From assembly GCA_963677925.2 (NCBI GenBank), contig CAXXYH010000003.1, positions 512,001 through 576,000 of the forward strand: a DNA stretch of 64,000 nt. The letters run 5' to 3'. The position numbers and the translations under genes were made by a program. Of this stretch, positions 58,023-64,000 are shown piece after piece. Under the pieces are notes generated by a model. It saw only the letters and a list, made by a program, of their open reading frames with translations. It ran no database searches and was not told where the DNA came from. Source of the DNA: Spirochaetia bacterium. GTDB lineage: Bacteria > Spirochaetota > Spirochaetia > UBA9216. Each line of letters begins with the position of its first letter. The stretch's first letter is position 1.

Positions 58023-58363
58023 ACCGAAGCGGGCTGTTTTTTATTTTTACTGTCTTTTGAGGCCGGTTTACTGCTTTCGGTCTTTTTAGCAGCTGTTTCA
58101 GTTTTCTTTTCTGTCTTTGAATCTGATGATGCATCAGTCGATGAACTTTCGCTTTTTGAAACTGTTGAAGAGGTTGAAGATTTACCCTTTGTGTCAGTTA
58201 CATAAAATCCGCTGCCTTTAAAAATAACTCCGGTCCCTCCGAAGATAAGTCGTTTTACAGCTCCGCCGCATTCTTCGCATTTATCAAGCGGTTCATCGGA
58301 CATGTTCTGAAAAACCTCGAACCTGTTGCCGCATTCTCTGCATTCATATTCGTAAGTAGGCAT
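58019..58363 (-). CDS. FmdB family zinc-ribbon protein with S/K-rich tail
   Basis: MPTYEYECRECG...CEECGG...FKGSGFYVTD. Confidence 0.93.
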   Translation of the reverse strand: MPTYEYECRECGNRFEVFQNMSDEPLDKCEECGGAVKRLIFGGTGVIFKGSGFYVTDTKGKSSTSSTVSKSESSSTDASSDSKTEKKTETAAKKTESSKPASKDSKNKKQPASV

Positions 58364-58430
58364 AATATCTCCATATCAGTAATTGGGGCATCTCTGATAA
58401 TCCTGATTCAGGAAAAATAGAGATGACTTA

Positions 58431-58459
58431 AATATAATAATTTTGATCCGCAGGGTCAA
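58431..58459 (-). promoter_or_regulatory. sigma70 promoter for the FmdB-family gene
   Basis: TTGACC (58459-58454) N17 TATATT (58436-58431). Confidence 0.6.
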
Positions 58460-58470
58460 TAATTTATATA

Positions 58471-58496
58471 ACACAGGAAACAGATGTTTCCTGTGT
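58471..58496 (-). terminator. Hairpin after hisF, probable terminator
   Basis: 12-bp inverted repeat ACACAGGAAACA-GA-TGTTTCCTGTGT with AT-rich flanks, 5 nt after the hisF stop. Confidence 0.6.
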
Positions 58497-58501
58497 ATTT
58501 A

Positions 58502-59269
58502 TCAAACTCTGCGTACAGGTATATCCTTTCCGTCAAGAAAGTCTTTGATACCAGGAACTGTATAACCGCCGAAATGCACCATAGAGGCAATAAGAGCAGC
58601 ATCGGCCTTTCCATCTGTAAGGACCTCCGCAAGATGGTCTGAAGTACCGGCGCCGCCTGAAGCAACTACCGGAACTCCTACAGCCTCGGAGATCATTCTT
58701 GTCAGATTGATTTCGTATCCGTCCTGAGTACCGTCTGCATCAATAGAATTAAGAACTATCTCACCTGCACCCAGTGCCTCCGCCTTAAGCGCCCATTCAA
58801 GGGCATCAAGATCAGTTGCTGTACGGCCTCCGTTTATAACAACCCTGTAACCCGAAGGCATGGAACTGTCCGCTGCAGCATCCATCCCCAGAACTATGCA
58901 CTGGCGTCCGAAAAGAGCTGCACCCTCAGAGATAATATCAGGATTTTTCACAGCCTGAGAATTGACGCTTATCTTCTCAGCTCCGGCAAGTAGAACCGCA
59001 CGCATATCTGCAGCTGATCCTATACCTCCGCCTACACAGAATGGAATAAATATCTGTTCGGCAACACGGGAAACTACATCAATCATAATCCCCCGCTTCT
59101 CTGCCGATGCAGTTATATCATAAAAAACCAGTTCATCGACTCCCTGTCGGTAATACTCGGCAGCCATCTCTACAGGATCACCTATATCGACATTGCCCTT
59201 GAACTTGATTCCTTTGGTCGTTTTTCCGTCTCTTACATCGAGACATATAATAATTCTTTTCTGAAGCAT
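58502..59269 (-). CDS. hisF: Imidazole glycerol phosphate synthase subunit HisF
   Basis: [41 protein letters not shown]. Confidence 0.97.
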   Translation of the reverse strand: MLQKRIIICLDVRDGKTTKGIKFKGNVDIGDPVEMAAEYYRQGVDELVFYDITASAEKRGIMIDVVSRVAEQIFIPFCVGGGIGSAADMRAVLLAGAEKISVNSQAVKNPDIISEGAALFGRQCIVLGMDAAADSSMPSGYRVVINGGRTATDLDALEWALKAEALGAGEIVLNSIDADGTQDGYEINLTRMISEAVGVPVVASGGAGTSDHLAEVLTDGKADAALIASMVHFGGYTVPGIKDFLDGKDIPVRRV

Positions 59270-59278
59270 ACTACCCTC

Positions 59279-59881
59279 TTATACAGCTATAAAATTCGAC
59301 AGGAGTTTCAAACCGACTTCGCCTGATTTTTCAGGGTGGAACTGGGTAATAAAAACATTATCCTTAAATGCGGCACTGCTGAATTCGATACCGTATTCGG
59401 TATATCCTGCAATATTCTCTTCTTTTTCAGCATCCGGATAAAATGAATGTACGAAATAGAAAGAAGAGTTCTCGGGCACACCATTAAACATAGGGTGGAT
59501 ACCCTCATGCCTTACCTGATTCCAGCCCATGTGAGGCACTTTAAGCCCCATATCCTTTGAGAACTCGCGTACTCGGCCTGGAATAATACCAAGACATTCG
59601 GTATCTCTTTCTTCTGAAAAATCAAAGAAAATCTGACATCCCAGACATATGCCGAAAGCAGGTTTGCCCTGACTGACAAATTCCTTCACAGCATCATCAA
59701 GCCCTGTTTTCTTCAGGACTGCCATTGATGAATAAGCTTCACCAACTCCGGGAAATATCATCTTGTCAGCCTTTAGAAGTTCTTCAGGTTTGTTGCTGAT
59801 AAAAAAATCTGCAGAGAGGTGCTTAAGAGCAAGCTCTACACTTCTCAGGTTTCCTGCTTCATAATCTACTACACAAATCAT
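59279..59881 (-). CDS. hisH: Imidazole glycerol phosphate synthase subunit HisH
   Basis: GNLRSV, FPGVG, GICLG, PHMGWN, YFVHS, QFHPEKS. Confidence 0.97.
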   Translation of the reverse strand: MICVVDYEAGNLRSVELALKHLSADFFISNKPEELLKADKMIFPGVGEAYSSMAVLKKTGLDDAVKEFVSQGKPAFGICLGCQIFFDFSEERDTECLGIIPGRVREFSKDMGLKVPHMGWNQVRHEGIHPMFNGVPENSSFYFVHSFYPDAEKEENIAGYTEYGIEFSSAAFKDNVFITQFHPEKSGEVGLKLLSNFIAV

Positions 59882-59884
59882 ATT

Positions 59885-60889
59885 CTACTCCTGGGGCCAC
59901 TGCATTACCCCAATCCAGTTCTTTCCGGTATCTACAAGTACGGAAACGGGCAGCTTCATTCCTTTAAGTTTGACTGCGGCTCCGTCTTTCACTATTTCTA
60001 TTTCACGCGGATTTTCAAACATCCGGCTTCCATCAGGATTTTTGGAAGCGATAACCGAAGCTCTCATCATGACAGAGAACAGAAAAGCATTAACTTCACT
60101 GTTCATATAAAAACTGCCTGAAATAAGGTATTCGTCTCCGCTTCTTTTAAGTCTAAGCTGTACGGTTTCAATCGGCAGCTTTTTAAACTCCGGAATGAAT
60201 ACCGCATATTCTTCGGGAAGCATGCCTCCGGTCTGAATAACAACATCAGATGAGGTTTCGGCTTCAAGCCAGCCATAGCCGGGAACAGAACCGCCATTAC
60301 TCCAGGAATCAGCCATCTCACTAATTTTACCGCTGGAAGCAAGAATCAGACTTTTTTCGGGAATTGAAATCTGCTGTGCGGTGTGTTTACTCTGCCAGTA
60401 ACTGAAGGCAGAGCTGCCGGTGTCAGATTTCAGTTTGTTCTGTTTCCAGTCAGGGCTGATTCCGAGACTGAAGCCTATGGTAGATGACGGATAATCACCT
60501 GAAGCCACCATACTGAACCCGGGTTCCTGAATAATTTCAGCATTTTCAGGTTCTGCTGAGGACACAGGGACTATTCCGGCCCATATGCTGTCCGTCCTGT
60601 CAAGGAATTCCTCCCTCAGATCTTCAGGCAGTTCCGAACCTAAAATATCCATTGCAGGCTCTATCAGCTCCCGGTTCTCTTCGATTGAGGCATAGATTAT
60701 AACCTTGGCCCCTGAAGGAAGAAGCTGGACATTGCTGACAGATTCAGCCCTTTCAGGTATACCGGCACATCCGCTCAGTATAAACAATAAAACCAGAACG
60801 GCGGCTGCCGCTCCGGTTTTTAAAAATCTCTTACGCTTTTTTAAGAGCGATGCTGCATTCATCATCACCGCATTCCACCTTTTGTGCAT
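59885..60889 (-). CDS. Putative lipoprotein (start uncertain)
   Basis: Basic N-region, hydrophobic stretch and lipobox ILSG-C. Confidence 0.75.
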   Translation of the reverse strand: MHKRWNAVMMNAASLLKKRKRFLKTGAAAAVLVLLFILSGCAGIPERAESVSNVQLLPSGAKVIIYASIEENRELIEPAMDILGSELPEDLREEFLDRTDSIWAGIVPVSSAEPENAEIIQEPGFSMVASGDYPSSTIGFSLGISPDWKQNKLKSDTGSSAFSYWQSKHTAQQISIPEKSLILASSGKISEMADSWSNGGSVPGYGWLEAETSSDVVIQTGGMLPEEYAVFIPEFKKLPIETVQLRLKRSGDEYLISGSFYMNSEVNAFLFSVMMRASVIASKNPDGSRMFENPREIEIVKDGAAVKLKGMKLPVSVLVDTGKNWIGVMQWPQE

Positions 60890-63800
60890 TCGGAACTACC
60901 TCCCAGACCCAGCTTTCAGCGAGGGTTTCAGCTGAAAGATAATCCTGAAAGGCTTCAACTGCTGCTTTAATCGAATCAGATCCGCTGATTGAAAGAACAA
61001 TACGGTCGGTTACATCAAAGTCGGCTTCCTTCCTCATGTTCTGGATACTTCTGACAATATCCCTGATTACACCTTCCTGCCTTAACTCTTCAGTGATTTC
61101 CGAATCAAGAGCTATAGTCAGGGAGCCTTCATTAAGAACCTTCATGTTCTCTTTCTCATTTCTCTGAATAACTACAGACTCCTCAGTAAGTTCAAGAGTT
61201 CCGAAGTCCAGGTCGAGTGAGAGTGTGGCTCCGTCAAGAAGTGACTGAATTTCACCGGGTGTAAGTTCTTCAATAGCTGCTGCAGCTGCCTTCATATTCT
61301 TTCCGAGTGTTTTACCAAGAACCTTGAAGTTAGCTTTTGCACTGTATTCAACGAGTTCTTCTTCATTCTCGCGGAAGATGACATCCTTAACATTCAGCTC
61401 TTCAGCAATTATATCCGCCATCTCTCTAAGAACCAGCTTTTCCTTCTGGTCCCTGGTAACAAGGTTGAGAGCCTTCAGAGGCTGCCTTGTCTTCAGGGAA
61501 TGCATAGAACGAAGTGCCCGCCCCATTGACACGGCCTGGCGGGTAACAGCCATCTTTATTTCAAGATCTTCATCACGCTTGGTCTGATCGGCAACCGGCC
61601 AGTCTGCAAGATGTATTGAATCTGCATATCCTTCGGGTTTCAGATTCTGGTAAATCTCTTCAGTCACAAACGGAATAAAGGGACATGCAACAGTAATCAG
61701 CTTCATAAGAACTGAATAGAGAGTTTCATATGCCTGATTCTTATCAGAATCGTTCTCTGAACGCCAGAACCTTCTTCTGGACCTTCTGATGTACCAGTTA
61801 TTCAGGAGATCGATAAAATTGAGTATCGGGCTGATAGCCTTCTGAAGCTCAAGAGCATCAAGCTGTTCTGTAACATCAGCAATGAGTCTTTCTGCTTCCG
61901 ATAGAATCCACCTGTCAAGCGGATTCTCCGGATTTTCCGGGGCTGAAACCGGTTTTGCTTCATCAATGTTGGCATATGTCACAAAAAAGCTGTATGCATT
62001 CCACAGCGGTATAATTATGCTTTTAAGAATCTCAAGAACCCCGTCATCGGAGTATTTCAGATCTTCCGCTCTTACTACGGCCGAGTTCATAAGAAAAAGT
62101 CTTAGTGCATCTGCACCGAACTTGTTTATAACTTCAACAGGATCGGAATAGTTTCTTGCCGACTTTGACATCTTCTTGCCGTCTTCAGCCAGAACCAGAC
62201 CGTTTACTACTACACTCTGGAATGCAGGCTTGTCAAAAAGCGCTGCAGCCAGAATTGTTAATGTATAAAACCAGCCTCTGGTCTGATCAAGTCCTTCGGA
62301 TATAAAATGAGCAGGGAAGTTCTTTTCAAAATGCTCCTTGTTCTCAAAGGGATAGTGATTCTGAGCATAGGGCATAGAGCCTGACTCAAACCAGCAGTCG
62401 AGAACATCCGGTATTCTTTTCATCTTCGAACCGCATTTACAGTCAATCTCAATATGATCCACATAATGCTTGTGAAGATCGGTAACTTTAATACCTGATT
62501 TTTCCTCAAGTTCTTCGCGTGAACCTATACAGATCATTTCATTACAATCAGGACACTTCCAGACAGGAATCGGATTGCCCCAGTATCGGTTTCGTGATAT
62601 AGCCCAGTCCCTGGCGCCTTCAAGCCATTTGCCGAAACGGCCTTTTTTGAGGTGTCCGGGAACCCAGTAAACGGTATCGTTTGATTTAAGCATTTTGGCC
62701 TTTACCTTGCCTATATCAACAAACCATGATGATATAGCCCGGTAGATAAGCGGACTCTCACAGCGCCAGCAGTGGGGGTATGAGTGAAGGTAGTTTTCGC
62801 GTTTTACGAGCTTACCCTCTTCCTTTAGCCTTGCAATTATATCCTTATCGCATTCCTTTACGAAGCGGCCTTCATAATCTGATACCTCTGAGGTAAATTT
62901 ACACTCTGCGTCAATCGGGCAGACTGTAGGGATATCTGTTGCCTTTAGAGTGTTATAGTCATCTTCACCGAAACCGGGAGCTGTGTGAACAATACCGGTA
63001 CCGTCTTCCGTTGTTACATAGTCAGCAGGGAAGACTCTGAAAGCACCCTTCTCCGCCGCGTCAGCAAAATACGGCAGAAGCGGTTCATATTCCTTGCCTA
63101 CAAGTGCAGAGCCGGGCATGGTTCCCAGCAGTTCATATTCTTCAGCGCTCTTGTAATAGGAAGCCAGTCTTTCTTCAGCAAGTATATAGCATTCGTCGCC
63201 GTCCTTAACTTTCACATATGTAATTTCCTCACCTACTGCAAGTGCAAGGTTGGACGGAAGAGTCCATGGAGTAGTCGTCCATGCAAGAAAGAAAGTTGAA
63301 GGATCTTCCTTGGTTTTAAATTTAACGGTGATAGCAGGATCATGAACATCCTTGTATCCGCCCAGATTGAGTTCATGGTTTGAAAGAACAGTTGAACATC
63401 TTGGGCAGTACGGAAGGATGTAGTGGCCTTCATACATCAGGCCTTTTTTCCAGAGCTCGCTAACGACCCACCAGATTGATTCCATGTAATCCGGTTCCAT
63501 TGTCTTGTAGTCATTCTCAAAATCAACCCATCGGCCGAGTCTTGTAATAATAGTTTCCCACTCTTTTGTATATCTGAGTACGATGGAACGGCAGGATTCA
63601 TTAAATTCAGCAACTCCGTAATCCTCAATCTCTTTTTTCCCCGAGATTCCAAGTTCCTTTTCCATCTCATATTCTACAGGAAGTCCGTGACAGTCCCAGC
63701 CGAAGCGGCGGCCGACCTTCTTGCCTTTCATTGTCTGATAGCGGGGGATAATATCTTTAATAGTTCCAGGTACAAAATGTCCGAAATGAGGAAGACCGGT

Positions 63801-63950
63801 TGCAAATGGCGGGCCGTCGTAGAAGACAAACTCCTCGTTGCCATCGCGCTGATCTATTGATCTTTTGAAGATGTCATTCTTCTTCCAGAATTCAAGTATT
63901 CGCTCCTCCATACCGGGAAAGCTGACTTTCGGATCGACAGAATTATACAA
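60831..63950 (-). CDS. ileS: Isoleucine--tRNA ligase, type 2
   Basis: DGPPFATGLPHFGH, GWDCHGLP, WTTTPWTLPSN, EGLDQTRGWF, KMSKS; TTG start at 63950 behind GGAGG. Confidence 0.97.
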   Translation of the reverse strand: MYNSVDPKVSFPGMEERILEFWKKNDIFKRSIDQRDGNEEFVFYDGPPFATGLPHFGHFVPGTIKDIIPRYQTMKGKKVGRRFGWDCHGLPVEYEMEKELGISGKKEIEDYGVAEFNESCRSIVLRYTKEWETIITRLGRWVDFENDYKTMEPDYMESIWWVVSELWKKGLMYEGHYILPYCPRCSTVLSNHELNLGGYKDVHDPAITVKFKTKEDPSTFFLAWTTTPWTLPSNLALAVGEEITYVKVKDGDECYILAEERLASYYKSAEEYELLGTMPGSALVGKEYEPLLPYFADAAEKGAFRVFPADYVTTEDGTGIVHTAPGFGEDDYNTLKATDIPTVCPIDAECKFTSEVSDYEGRFVKECDKDIIARLKEEGKLVKRENYLHSYPHCWRCESPLIYRAISSWFVDIGKVKAKMLKSNDTVYWVPGHLKKGRFGKWLEGARDWAISRNRYWGNPIPVWKCPDCNEMICIGSREELEEKSGIKVTDLHKHYVDHIEIDCKCGSKMKRIPDVLDCWFESGSMPYAQNHYPFENKEHFEKNFPAHFISEGLDQTRGWFYTLTILAAALFDKPAFQSVVVNGLVLAEDGKKMSKSARNYSDPVEVINKFGADALRLFLMNSAVVRAEDLKYSDDGVLEILKSIIIPLWNAYSFFVTYANIDEAKPVSAPENPENPLDRWILSEAERLIADVTEQLDALELQKAISPILNFIDLLNNWYIRRSRRRFWRSENDSDKNQAYETLYSVLMKLITVACPFIPFVTEEIYQNLKPEGYADSIHLADWPVADQTKRDEDLEIKMAVTRQAVSMGRALRSMHSLKTRQPLKALNLVTRDQKEKLVLREMADIIAEELNVKDVIFRENEEELVEYSAKANFKVLGKTLGKNMKAAAAAIEELTPGEIQSLLDGATLSLDLDFGTLELTEESVVIQRNEKENMKVLNEGSLTIALDSEITEELRQEGVIRDIVRSIQNMRKEADFDVTDRIVLSISGSDSIKAAVEAFQDYLSAETLAESWVWEVVPNAQKVECGDDECSIALKKA

Positions 63951-64000
63951 AATTTCCTCCACTGAAATGTGCAATTTAAAAGTTAAATCATTCTATGGAA

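Overview
Gene-dense core-chromosome segment, very likely from a free-living anaerobic spirochaete (Spirochaetales). The assignment is inferred from recalled spirochaete-type synteny (cas2-like-prfB-PEGA-ftsY-lolCDE, rnfCDGEAB, mcsA-mcsB-clpC) and protein signatures. Housekeeping genes include serC (partial), rpsU, recJ, recO, lon, ilvD, ftsB, rnz, clpC, lolCDE, ftsY, prfB, rnf, pcnB, hisS, hisF, hisH and ileS. No rRNA, tRNA, IS element, prophage or CRISPR array was recognised. The most notable items are: (1) a four-gene operon behind a sigma28-like promoter, encoding a 1010-aa hyper-acidic scaffold-like protein with a 27x21-bp tandem repeat, a second acidic protein and two Maf/DUF115 proteins; (2) an orphan Cas2-like gene heading the prfB operon on a predicted leaderless transcript; (3) rpsU apparently starting at AUC behind an extended Shine-Dalgarno (SD) sequence; (4) a structured sRNA candidate with an anti-SD linker; (5) a ROK operator with its two-gene cassette; (6) many predicted leaderless genes; (7) several apparent pseudo-enzymes (McsB, GH20-like, GH57, GGDEF-like); (8) a frameshifted lolD. 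All family calls come from motif recognition by eye; no database searches were run.
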